Of a DNA stretch of 64,000 nucleotides, positions 41,868 through 53,173 are shown in pieces; the first letter of the stretch is position 1; each line of letters begins with the position of its first letter. The position numbers were made by a program, and so were the translations under genes. Below the pieces are notes generated by a model. That model saw nothing but the letters and a program-made list of their open reading frames with translations, did not search any database and was not told the DNA's origin. This DNA is from an uncultured Planctomycetaceae bacterium (GTDB taxonomy: Bacteria > Planctomycetota > Planctomycetia > Planctomycetales > Planctomycetaceae): contig CAWFGE010000012.1 of NCBI GenBank assembly GCA_963815195.1, positions 928,001 to 992,000 of the forward strand, given 5' to 3'.

Positions 41868-42349
41868 GAGAAGCGCGATGTCGTTGGTTTGTGGACCGAG
41901 CGGTTCCAAAAATCTTTGACCTCTGTATGGAGGATACGAAGATTTGCACTCGTAAGTTCATGGGCTATTGGAATCCGCGTAATTGCCCTTATGGGAAGCC
42001 CTTCATGAATTGACCGAATGAACGTTCTCATGGACGGTTCGTGAACGCCAATGAGGTAGGTTGGACCAGGAATGCGGAGCAATCTCTCGATGTCTTTCTT
42101 CGTCGTGGAGATAACGAGGTTTTTAGATTTCTCCGTAATCGGGGATCGTGTTGTCTTGGTCTGAACAAAGAAAAATGGGCGTTTCCCACGAACCGAATTC
42201 AACTCCACATAGAAATCAATTGATGGCCATTTGTCGCCAAGAAAGCCAGGCTGAAAAAGCGGTCGCGGGAATTCCGAATAATCCGTCAGTGCGAGTTCCG
42301 TAATCTTCTCGCCACGGTAGCCCGTAACATCGCGTAGTTGAAGATTCAT
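41864..42349 (-). CDS. DUF4365-like PD-(D/E)XK-fold protein
   Basis: GYRGE, IDFYVEL and FFVQTKTT motifs; AT-richer. Confidence 0.62.
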   Translation of the reverse strand: MNLQLRDVTGYRGEKITELALTDYSEFPRPLFQPGFLGDKWPSIDFYVELNSVRGKRPFFFVQTKTTRSPITEKSKNLVISTTKKDIERLLRIPGPTYLIGVHEPSMRTFIRSIHEGLPIRAITRIPIAHELTSANLRILHTEVKDFWNRSVHKPTTSRFS

Positions 42350-42463
42350 GGCTTAGGCGATTGGCTATTTGATCGTAAGACATCACACCAAAAACCCCAG
42401 ATTTTGTCGAAAACTGACGTGATCGTCAAATGTTAACGTTGCGATTCTTTGTCTTCGTCCTGT

Positions 42464-43552
42464 CTATTCCGCACCGAACATCTTGGGCAAAGAACCCACC
42501 GAGCGGACCAGGGCGGTGTCGCTGGGGACGGGGATTTCTTTGATGAGGCGGTCGATGATGTCGTCCGCGGTGATGCCCTCGGCTTCCGCGTTGAAGTTGG
42601 TGATGATCCGATGCCTTAGCACCGGCTTGGCGACGGCGCGGATGTCTTCGGAACTCGCGTAAGTCCGGCCATGGAGCATCGCCCGGGCTTTGGCTCCCAA
42701 GACCAGATATTGGCTGGCGCGGGGGCCGGCTCCCCAACTGACGAACTGCTGGATAAACTCCGGCACGTTCCCTTTTTCCCGGCGGGTCAGCCGCGGAAAC
42801 TGCATCGCATAGCGGATCACATGATCCGCCACCGGCACCCGGCGGACGACCTGCTGCAGCAACTCGACCCGCTCGTGCGACAGGACTTCCTCGACGGAAT
42901 GTTTTATATCGGCCGTGGTCTGGCGGACGATCTGGAACTCTTCCTCCTCATCGGGATAATCGACCAGAATCTCGAACATGAACCGGTCGAGTTGGGCTTC
43001 CGGGAGCGGGTAGGTGCCTTCCTGCTCGATGGGGTTTTGGGTGGCGAGGACGAAGAACAAATCCGGCAGCGCGTGCCGTTTCCCGCCGGCCGTGACTTGA
43101 TGTTCCTGCATCGCTTCCAAAAGAGCGGCCTGCGTTTTGGGCGGGGTGCGGTTGATTTCATCGGCGAGGACGACATTCGCGAAGATCGGCCCTTCCAGGA
43201 ACCGAAACTCCCGCGCCCCGGTTTGCTTGTCTTCCTGGATGACTTCGGTCCCCGTGATGTCGGCGGGCATCAGGTCGGGGGTGAATTGAATCCGGTTAAA
43301 CGACAGGCTCATCGCGTCCGCCAGGGTGCGGACCATCAAAGTTTTCGCGAGGCCCGGCACGCCTAAGAGCAGGCAATGCCCGCCGGAGAGCAGGGCGATC
43401 ATCAATTCCTCGATCACCGCGTGCTGGCCGACGATGACTTTGCCCAACTCGGCCGTCATTTGGCGATAAGACTCGGACAACTGCTCGACCGCCGCCAAAT
43501 CGTTCTCGGCGGGATTGGACGGGCTGGTTATTTGCGGTTCGGGTTCGTTCAC
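42464..43552 (-). CDS. moxR: MoxR-family AAA+ ATPase
   Basis: [55 protein letters not shown] and GAGPRA. Confidence 0.95.
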   Translation of the reverse strand: MNEPEPQITSPSNPAENDLAAVEQLSESYRQMTAELGKVIVGQHAVIEELMIALLSGGHCLLLGVPGLAKTLMVRTLADAMSLSFNRIQFTPDLMPADITGTEVIQEDKQTGAREFRFLEGPIFANVVLADEINRTPPKTQAALLEAMQEHQVTAGGKRHALPDLFFVLATQNPIEQEGTYPLPEAQLDRFMFEILVDYPDEEEEFQIVRQTTADIKHSVEEVLSHERVELLQQVVRRVPVADHVIRYAMQFPRLTRREKGNVPEFIQQFVSWGAGPRASQYLVLGAKARAMLHGRTYASSEDIRAVAKPVLRHRIITNFNAEAEGITADDIIDRLIKEIPVPSDTALVRSVGSLPKMFGAE

Positions 43553-43680
43553 GAATACTATCCTCAGAGGCGTCAAAATTGCAGGTGTGTCGCGACTCGG
43601 TGATTCACCACGAAGACACGAAGACGTTTCGCTGGTTTTTCTTCGTGTCGTTGTGGCTTATCAATCATTTCAGCGAAGGC

Positions 43681-46600
43681 TCAAAACCGCAAGGGGCCTA
43701 AGCCGACGAGTTTGGTTTTGGTGACGACGAGGGTGCGGGCCGGGCGGACGTCGAGGGCGAGGATGTGCGGGGGCAATTGCAATTCCTGCACGCGCTCGCC
43801 AGTCTGGGCATCGACGATGACCGCTTGAGATAGGGTGCCGGCGGTTTTCCAGGGGGCCGCGACGAGGAACCGGCCCGACTTGCGAATCGCCCAAGCCGGG
43901 GCCTGGGGCAGGCGATGTTTCCAAAGCACCCGGCCGTCTTTCCAGTCCAGGCAATAAATCGCCTGCCCCTCGGCGGCGTAGATGCGGCCGTTCTCGACGG
44001 CGATCGCCTGTTCGGGATCGGACAACGGTCCGGACGCCAAGCGATCATCCCAAAGCGGCCGGCCGGTTTTGGGATCGAGGCCGATGAGCGTGTCGCCGTC
44101 CATCAGCATCAGCAATCGCCCGTCCCCCGCCCACATCCGCGGCGCGGAGTTCGCATGCGACATGGCCCCCTGATATATCCACTCGGGCCCACTCTGGGAG
44201 TTGTCCGCGGCAAACTCGCGAATCTTCCAGTTCGCCAAGGACACCACGAAGCCCTCGCGGCCCGCGTTCTCGAACCGCACGGGCGGCATGAGCCAAGGCT
44301 CGGAGAAGTGATGTTCCGACCGCCGCCGGCCCGTGTTCGCATCCAGCACCAAGACGGACAGCGGGTGCTCAGTTTGGACGACGACGAAATCGGCATCCGC
44401 GAGCCAGGTGCGGTTGAGACCTCCGGGAGGCGAAACGCTCCAGAGGAGTTCGCCCGTGTACGCGTCGCGGCAGGAGACGTCGGCGGATTGCAAGATCAGC
44501 ACGCGGTCCTCGACGAATTGCAGTCGCGGCGGCGGTGATTTGTCGGTTTCGTCGGGGTCGCTGAGCGAAACCTGCCAGAGCGTTTCGCCGGTTTCCAAAG
44601 TGACCGCGTGCAGGAACTTCGCGGTGCCGATGACGAGATGCGTCCTCGCATACGCGGCCCAGCGCGCGCGTTCGTCCAAATGTTTTTGCCAACGCACGCC
44701 GCCGGTGTTCCGATCCACGCACACCAGGCCATGATCGTCCACCAGAGCGCACGCCAAAGTGGGGCTGGGCGGCTTGCCGGCGGGAAGGATCACTTGCGAT
44801 TCGGCCGCCTGCTCGCGTTCCCAAAGCCGCATGAGCGGAAGGCGGGGAATGTGCCGATCCGTCTCTTGGTAGGCTTTTGATTGCAAATGTTCGGGCACGA
44901 AGGCCGACGCGGGCAGGCTCTGGCCGCCGGTGGAAATGGCCGATCGGGGAAACTCGATCGCGAGTTGCCGCCAGCGCTCGGCGGCGGGCCGGAGATAGCC
45001 CTTTTGCTCCAAGGTGCGGGCCAGTTCGACGAGCACATCTTGGCGGGTTTTTGGCGCGAGCTTTTCCGTCAACATTTCCCGCCAGGAAGCCAGCGCAGCC
45101 CAGGCGTCGCCTCGGTCGCGTTTAAGCAACGCGATTTGATGCCGGGTTTCGCCGCCCACGAGCGCATTCGGAAACCGGCGGAGAACGGCCTGGGCCCCCT
45201 GAAGATCCCGGCTCTTCAGCCGCAGGGCGATTTGCTCGCTCGCCAGCCGGTCAATTCGGCATACGCCTCGCGGCCGTGTTTTTGGATCACATGCGCAATC
45301 TGAGATTCCGCGAATTGTCCAAACGTGCGGCGGGGTTCGTCCGGCAAGGGAAGCCCGGCGAGGTTTGGTTCGTTCAAAATGGTTTGAAACGTACCGATGG
45401 CCGTTTGCGGCAACGAGAGCCGCGATTGCGATTCGCCCAGGGACCCGAGAGCCTCGGCCCGCGAAGCCTCATCGGGAGAGACTTTGAGAGCCCGCTCGAA
45501 ATCCTCCGACGCCGACCCGGGCACTCGGTCCGCCAACTCTTTCCGGCCGAGCCGCATGAGAAGCTCGAATCGCTGCTTGCGGGCGGCGGTTTTCAGCGGC
45601 TGGTTTGCGATTTGATCCGCGGGCGTGGCGAGGGCGATCGCTTCGGCGTAGTGCCTGAGCGCGCTCTGAGGCTGACCGGTGGCTTCTTCGATTTGCGCGA
45701 TCCGCCACCGCGGCATCGCGGCCTGCGGATTCTGCGAGATGAGTTTTTCCTGGGCCTGTTTGAGTTGGGCAAAATTGCTGTAGGCGACGAGCCGCTCCGG
45801 TTCGGCAATCAACATCATATCGCCCGCGACGGTCAGGTTGCCGCCGGGATAGCGTTTGGGCTGCCCGCTGCGTTCGCCGGTGAGCCGGCGGACTTCGATG
45901 GCGGACCGCCTGGGAAAGAAAATCCGCTCGCCCGCCAGCGCCGCGGCCGTAGCCGAAGTATTCCGGATCGGTGTCCGGTGCCGGTGGTTTGGGCGAAAGG
46001 ATGTTTCCGGAGGCGGCGTCGAGGATCCACAATTCGTCCCCGCTCAGAATCAATTCCTCGCGCACTCCGCCGCCGAGGGGCCGCTTGACCACGCCCAACG
46101 CGTGCCGGATGTGATCTTGCTTGGGAATCGTCTGCTCCCAGAGAATGACGCCGGACTGGGCGGCGATGGCCAGGACGGATTGCGAATCGGTGGGGGCGGC
46201 ATAGACCACGCCTTGATGAAACACCGGCGGCGTCAGTCCCTGGCGGCGCGAATCCTTGAGGGGATCCTCCAAGGGGTCCGGGTCCCGCTGCGGAGGCGAG
46301 GACGGATACGTCACCGCCCACAACAACCGGCCGTCCGCGGCATCGAGAGCCGCCACCGCGCCGAACTCCGGCGTGAAAAACACCATGTTCTCGCCCAGGG
46401 TCAACAGATGATGCGAGATGTAGTTTTCCGCCTCGCCCACGTTCGCCACCGCCGAGGCCACACGCCGGGTCCATTGCGGGTTGCCGGTCTCCGCGTCCAG
46501 GCAGGCGACCATGACCTCGGTCTGCGGATGGCATTGCCGAAGCGCGACAAACGCCCGCCCGCCCGCGACGATCGGCGTGCCTTCAAACGCCCACGGTTGC

Positions 46601-47949
46601 GCGGCGTCCCGGGGCCGTCCCGCGAGCACCTTGCTGGGATCGCAGGACCAGACCAGCTTGCCTTCCTTGGCCAGGTCGAGGCAAACCAGGTGGCTGTTGA
46701 GCGGGGCGGTCCGCTTCGAGGCTCCCCCCGTCACCGGAGATCCCATGCGGGCATACAGCCGGTTCTCGCGAACCGTCACCGTGAATCGCGGAACGCCCAA
46801 ACGGAAATCGGCCGCATGCGTGGGCGTCGCCGTCGCGGACTGGTAAATCGCCGCCGTCTCGAGATCGGCGCGCTCCTTGATCGTGCCGTCGCCCGCGCGC
46901 GGCCATTTGGCGCGTCCGCTCAAAAGGTCGAACGCATAAATCCGGTCGGGATCGGCCAGATAGACCGTGTTGTTCACGACGGCGGGGAAGTAACTGAGCG
47001 AAGACTTTTTCACCCCCACGGACGCGGGTTGGAAATGATGCTCGGGCAGCGGCAATTCCCACTGGACGCCGCCCAGCTCCGGCGGCTTGGGGGAAATCAA
47101 ATTCCGCCGGGCGTTTCCCCCAAAGGTGGGGACGTCGCCCTCGGGCTGGGGGAAGTTCCAACCCCGCGATTCTTCGAAAACATCCGCCAGAATCTCCGCC
47201 AAAGCCCCCTGGCGGCCCGCGAGTTCGCCTTGGGCTTCGGGATATTTCTTCCCCAGATAGCTCAGCCAATTCTGGGCCAACTCCCGATCGCCTTCCAGAA
47301 TATGGCAGAGCACAATCCGGGCCACGACCGCGGCCTGCGGATAGGAGGAATCCGGATACCGCAGCACCGATTGCGGCCGGCCGGCGTCGGGGGGATTTTG
47401 CAGTTCCAAAAGTTGCCGCCAATAATCCCGGGCCGCCGCAAAGTCGCCCCGGTCCCAGCCCCATTCGCCGAGCCAATACAAGGCATCGTCTCCGGAGCTG
47501 CTGACGAACGCCTGCCGGACGATTTTTTCCAGAAGCGAGCGGTTTCGCGTTGCCAAGGCCGTGTCCAGCCACTGTTTCGCTTGAGCGTCGTATTTGTCGC
47601 GGTAAACGGCCAGCCCCTGGGGCGGCAGGTTCGCGAGGATGGAGTTGCAATACGCCGCCACATTCAAATACCGGCGGGGATTGATGGCGATCAGCGTGTC
47701 GCCCTGATCCGCGGCGACTTGCTGCAAGATCAAGATCGCCTGCAACCATTGCCGTTCTTTGATGTGGTCTTCGACCGTGGCAAGACGTTTGACGACTTCG
47801 GTGTTCGTATCCAATACCACCGCCGACCGCTCGAGCGCAGGTTTCCCCGCCTGGGCGAAGACCGTCCGCGCTCCGAACCCGATCACCGCGGACAAGACTC
47901 CCACTACAATCCCAACCCGGATCGGACCATAAACCAAATGTTGCAACAT
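43681..47949 (-). CDS. Large secreted PQQ-like beta-propeller / TPR protein; apparent frameshifts near 45950 and 45200
   Basis: Repeated LDA.TG..LW blades and TPR-like helices across ORFs 45469-48198, 45216-45818 and 43681-45159; signal peptide after MLQHL. Confidence 0.75.
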
Positions 47950-48115
47950 GAAACACTCGCAAGTCGGAAAAACGGATCTTCCCTTGCCATTGTAGTCCAC
48001 AACGCCACCCGGGGGCAGGGGGATTGAGGATTGATCAGCCGCAGGGGGGCACCGCCCGCAGGGTGGTCCGCCCCGGTTCAAACAACAACCGGACGCGAGC
48101 GCCTTCCGGCTGCCC

Positions 48116-49723
48116 CTACGTCCCAAAGCGAACGCCGGCTCCGAAGCGGTCCCGCAATCGGCGTTTGGATTCGTCCGACAAATCATTGCACCGCACATCG
48201 AGGAGTTCCAAGTTCAAAAATCTGCTCCTGTCGCAGAGCCGAGGGACTTCCGCATCCGAGAGGCCGGTTTTCCAGAGGCCCAAACACCGAAGCGGCTGGA
48301 AGTTTGGACTATCGAGCAAGTGCCGAACTCCATCGCCGAGGGGTTGATTGCCCAAATCCAGCACGTGGAGGTTTCGGCAACGCTCCGACGCCGCGAGCGC
48401 TCGGGCGCCCTGGGCTGTGATGGGCCTTTTATAGTAACCGCCCTCGGTGCCTTGCAGTTTGAGGCAGCGCAGGTTTTCGAGGAGCGAAGACTCCGCCAAG
48501 ATCGTTACGCCCTCGTCGCCGACGCCGGTTTCGTTCAAGTTCAATTCCTGGAGATGATGGAATTGGTCGGAGGTGAAGGTGGCCTGAATCGTCTTCGCGT
48601 CCATCGTACAGCCGGCGAGATCCAGGACCACCAGACGGTTGACATTCTGCGAATGGGCGATCGCCGAGAATTCGTTCGCGATCCCGGTGCCGGCCAGGTG
48701 CAGCGATTCAAGGTTGAGTTTCTCCGAACTGGCAAAGGGCTCTCCTTGAAGGTAAGCTCGTTTCAAACGGAGGTGCCGTAAGTTGCCCGTGCGGTGGGAT
48801 TGAAACAATCGATCAAGGACGACTTGAAACTCTTCCTCCCCCCATGTGTAAGTCGCCGTCTGGCTGAGATCGAGTGAGGTCAACCTTCCGAGCAAGGGGG
48901 ATTCGGCGAGGGCCGCGATCATCTCGGCTCCCCCCTCGCCATGCCCCGAAAAATTCAGGGAGGTTAAGTTCTTCAAATTGGGGGATTGGGCCAGGGATGC
49001 AATGGTCGCCGCGCCGATTGGCTGGCCGGGCGCCCGTCGCCGCCATTCCTCCCATTGCCGGTGCGCACCCCGATCCGGTTGGTCCATCAATCGTCTTCCG
49101 CCCTCGTACGGAGACAATCGCAGCTGGCTCAAATCGAGCGCCGTCAGGTTGCGGAGGTATTCGCACTCGGCGAGCAGGCGGGCACCTTCATCGTTGCAGA
49201 GGCCCGTGTCGCGGAGGTTTAATTCTTTCACATCAATCAGCGACGGCGAATAGGCCAGATCCTCGAACGTGTGCCAATCCAGCCGCGTGTGCCGGAGGTC
49301 CAGGCTTTCGATCCGTTCCAGCCAAGGCGACGCGGCGAAGGCGGACAACTGCGTTTCCGGTTGCAACAGCCGCACGGACTTGATGGGGGCCGCTGCGAAC
49401 AACTCGGCCGCGTGCTCCAGAAACCGGTCGGCACGAATCGTGACATGTTCCACAAAGCCCCGGCGAAACCGCCAGTCCGTCACCAAATGCCGGAGCGGCC
49501 CCGCCCAGCCTTTCGCAAACTGCCGGCGCAATAAGTCCCCTCTGGTCTCAAGCGCCCAGCGGCGGTCATCGTCAACAGGCAGTTGGGCCAGCAGGCACTC
49601 GACGCGGATAAACTCGCCGCGGGGGTCGCCTTGTTCATCGAGCCAATCCGCATACACCAGCCGCGGCACATCATCGTCGGCCGCGGCGAGGATTTCTTTG
49701 AGGAAGTCCGCGTGAGTGGGCAT
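48116..49723 (-). CDS. TIGR02996 (repeat-companion) domain + leucine-rich repeat protein
   Basis: FL..I.A..DDDVPRLVYADWLDEQGDPRGEFIRV, FRRGFVE, then LxxLDLS repeats. Confidence 0.9.
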   Translation of the reverse strand: MPTHADFLKEILAAADDDVPRLVYADWLDEQGDPRGEFIRVECLLAQLPVDDDRRWALETRGDLLRRQFAKGWAGPLRHLVTDWRFRRGFVEHVTIRADRFLEHAAELFAAAPIKSVRLLQPETQLSAFAASPWLERIESLDLRHTRLDWHTFEDLAYSPSLIDVKELNLRDTGLCNDEGARLLAECEYLRNLTALDLSQLRLSPYEGGRRLMDQPDRGAHRQWEEWRRRAPGQPIGAATIASLAQSPNLKNLTSLNFSGHGEGGAEMIAALAESPLLGRLTSLDLSQTATYTWGEEEFQVVLDRLFQSHRTGNLRHLRLKRAYLQGEPFASSEKLNLESLHLAGTGIANEFSAIAHSQNVNRLVVLDLAGCTMDAKTIQATFTSDQFHHLQELNLNETGVGDEGVTILAESSLLENLRCLKLQGTEGGYYKRPITAQGARALAASERCRNLHVLDLGNQPLGDGVRHLLDSPNFQPLRCLGLWKTGLSDAEVPRLCDRSRFLNLELLDVRCNDLSDESKRRLRDRFGAGVRFGT

Positions 49724-49792
49724 CGCGTGCGGTTCACGAAAATTGGCGAATTCTTGTGCTTGAGATTATTTTTTTCAGCCTTTCCGGATTTC

Positions 49793-49877
49793 GGGTGCCA
49801 CTGGCAGCTTGCTGCCAGTGCCTTTTATGGCCTGCAAATTCCTAGCGAAACGCACTGGCAAAAGCACAGTGGCACCC
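49793..49877. repeat. REP-like inverted pair
   Basis: gggtgccactggcagcttgctgccagtgc ... gcactggcaaaagcacagtggcaccc. Confidence 0.7.
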
Positions 49878-49890
49878 ATTTTCGGCTGGC

Positions 49891-52800
49891 TCAAGACGAG
49901 CCCGGCGTGATTTTCAGCTCCACGGGCAGATCGGGCAGAAGGCTCGCCCCGTTTGGAAGCTTCACGGACAAACTGGCCTTGATCGTCTTGGCCTGGTTCT
50001 CCGCCGCGGGGGTGATGGAAATCTCAAACCCGCTCGCATCGCCCGGGACTTGAATCTCCTCGGATTTGTAACCACCCGGCAGTCCCGCCAGCGTGAGCGT
50101 GACCGGACTCGCAAACGGCGCGGTGCGGGTGATCGTGCCTTTAATGGTGTTCGCTTTGCCGGCGGTGAGCGCGAGCGTGTTCTTGTCCAACTCGATCTTG
50201 GCCGCGGATTTTCACCGGGAGCTTGAACGGATACGAATACACCGTGCCCGATACCTGGCCCGAATACGCATGCGGCACCAACTCGGCTTTGATGACGGCA
50301 TCCATCTCCGCGGCGGCCACGTCCACGGGCACCGCGACGCGGAGGAAGCCCTGGTCTTGCCCTTGTGCGACGGCTTGATTGAACGCGGCCCGGATCTTTG
50401 GCTTGTTGCCTTTCTTGGGATCCTTGGGATCGTTCGGCCGCGCGGGTTCCGTGGTGAGCAGCGACAACCGCACCGCTTGTGCGGACGCAGACGCGCCTTG
50501 CCGCTTGACTTTCACCGCAATCCGCGCCGGCACGCCTTTGAACAACGCCGCGGGCAGCCGGGCGACTTCGATCTCAAACGGGGCCGCAGCCCCAATCGTC
50601 GCGGGAAGCATTGTGGAAAACCCAGGCAGCGAAGCCGCGTTCACGGCCGGGGCCACGCTTGCCGGCCGGGTCAATTCGGGCTTCAAGCCCACGCTCTCTC
50701 CGATGAGCTTCAGGCCCTTAAAGCCGGACGCCTCGCGGCCGCCTTTGCGGACGAGGGTCACAAACAATTCCTGCCGGCCCTTGCCCGCGGGGATTTCGGA
50801 AGGGATCACCGAGATCGCCTGATCGCCCGCCACGCGAAGCTTGATCGGGCCGTTGTAGTTCAGCCGGGTGAGCGTCATCTCGGCGACAGCGGTTCCCTGC
50901 GCGGGCAGCGTGATCGAAGGCGACTTGATCGCGAGCGAGAAATCCGGAGCATTCGCGGGCAGGATTTTCAGGCGGTACATGAACTCAGCGCCGCCGCGCT
51001 CATTGAGATCCTGGATTCCGACTGCGATCTGTTTGACGTTCGCGGGCACGGCAAAGTCGGCTTCGGGATCGCGGTCGGTGCCGGAGTCCTCCTTGTAAAG
51101 CACGATGTTGCCGTCGGGAGGATTCCGCACGGTGAGCAAAGCATCCAAGGGGCTCGGCAGCGAGCGGGCTTCCACCGTGAAGCGAAGTTTTTGGTTTGGC
51201 GTCACGTTGAGCAAGTAGCGGTCTTCCTCGCCGGGCTTCGAGACAATTCCATTGATGACCACCGGCACATGGGCTTCTTTCTGAAAGGTTGCATCGATTG
51301 TTTGCAGACCGCCTTCGGCGCGGCTTCCGCGACTTCCACAGCCTGCGGAAACCGCAACGCCGGCGTGGGACCGACCGCTTTCCAGCCCGCGAGAAACTTG
51401 GGCGAAAGCATTTCCGCGCTCGGGGCTTTGGAAAGCTGGGCGACGAGCGTGGTGCCTTCGGGAATGCCCCGGCCCAAGGGTTTGAGCGTGACTTTGTTGC
51501 CGTCTTCGATCTTCGCGGGAAACCACAAATCGACCGAGCGGAAATCGCCGAGCTTCAAACGAAATCGGTTCGGACCGGGGGCTTTGTAAGCCAGGTCGTG
51601 CACCTCGGCGAAGTAGAGGCCGTCCTCGGGCAGGCGGACTTCCACGCGGGAATCGCCGCGGAGCAGCGCATGGCCCCAACCAATGACCAAAGGCGTGCCG
51701 CGGGCGGTCTTGATCTCGACAACCGGATCCATCGCCGACCCCAGCCGCCGGGCTTCCACCTCGGCCGCCACCCGCTCGCCGGCCTGGCCTTGGAAGTAAA
51801 TCCGCAAGGCGTCCGCGCCGGCAATCTGCCCGGAAAACGCGGCCGGGAGTTTCGCGGGCTGATCCGGCGCTGTGCCGGCGGCGGGTTGCTGCGGCAACGT
51901 GTCGATCGCCATCGCGACCGGCAAACTCACGCCTTGATCGGTTCCCACAAACAGCGGAAACCATCCCAGCGGACAATCGCCGGGAAGAGTCACTTCGACA
52001 GACAGCCGCCCGGCGTTCGAGCCTTTGAGCACTTTTTGCTCGAGCGTCACGCCGGGCAGAATGATCTTAGGATTCGGCTCCAAATTGGATCCCGTCAGCG
52101 TCAACCGCGTCGCATTTCCCGCTTCCAAACCATGCAGCGAAGTCGCGGTGATCGTCGGCCGAGGCGTCGCCGCCGGCGGAGGTGAGGCTTCCTGTTTCGC
52201 CAATTCGTCCGCGTTCGGGCCGGCCACTTCGCGAAACAGCCGGGCCGCTTCACCGTCATCGAGTGCCCGGTCAAAGAGCAGAAACTCGTCCAACAACCCG
52301 CTCGCAAACTCGGTGGTCGGCGTGCTGGAACCCAGCGTCACCGGCACGTTGTTGAGCAATTTCGCCACGTTGATGTCCGGCAGCCAACCGTCCTGACCCG
52401 CGATTTGGCCCTTGCTGACGGACTTGGGGGCGACCGATCGGCCATTGACATACAGATGTACGCGGAGATCGTCGCGGTCGGCATCGGCATCGGGAGCCGG
52501 AGCGTCGCCGACTTCCCAGCACACGGAAAGATGCACGAGCCGGCGGGTGTTGACGACGTCCTTCACCGAATACACCACCGAGCGAAACCCGCCGCCGTCG
52601 TTGATGTAAACCTGAAACGCATCGTTCGCCGGGTGGTAATTGATCCCGAAGTTCGTCGCGGCCCCCGCGTTCGACTCGGCCCGTTTGGCGACGAGGCCGT
52701 GAAAGGTTTTATCGTTGAGCGGGTGCAGATTCAGAAAGAAAAAACTCGCGGTGACCGCATCGGGCCGGTCCACGTCCGGGCCGTCGGGGATCTCGATCAA

Positions 52801-53097
52801 CTGTTTTCGCCCGGCGGTTAAGAGGATCGCCTTTTTGCCCGCCTGCCCCCAAAACGGGCTGTCCACGCGGCTGGCGCGGTTTTTGAGTTGGCCCACGTCG
52901 GCGGTGCCGCCCAGGACCGCGGCGTCTTTGGCATCGCCAGCGGGTTCCTCGAATCCAAAATCCACAATCGCCAAACCGCGCACCGTCTCGGGAGCCTTTT
53001 GAGCCACCGCAGGATCCGCGGCCCGGCTCACGTCTTGAAAACGCAAACCAACGGCAAGCACAACAGCCAACGAAGCGGTCCAACGGCAGTCAATCAT
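49891..53097 (-). CDS. Large secreted protein with LamG-like and PPC (pre-peptidase C-terminal) domains; apparent frameshifts near 51300 and 50200
   Basis: Signal peptide, GLLDEF.LFDRAL, VEARRLGSAMDP and VEARSLPSPLDA across ORFs 51202-53097, 50141-51976 and 49891-50190. Confidence 0.72.
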
Positions 53098-53173
53098 CGC
53101 GGTCCTCTTTGTCGTCGTTTCAGGTTTAATGTTTCAGGATTTGATCTTGGATGCTTTAGCCGCTTCGCGGCTG

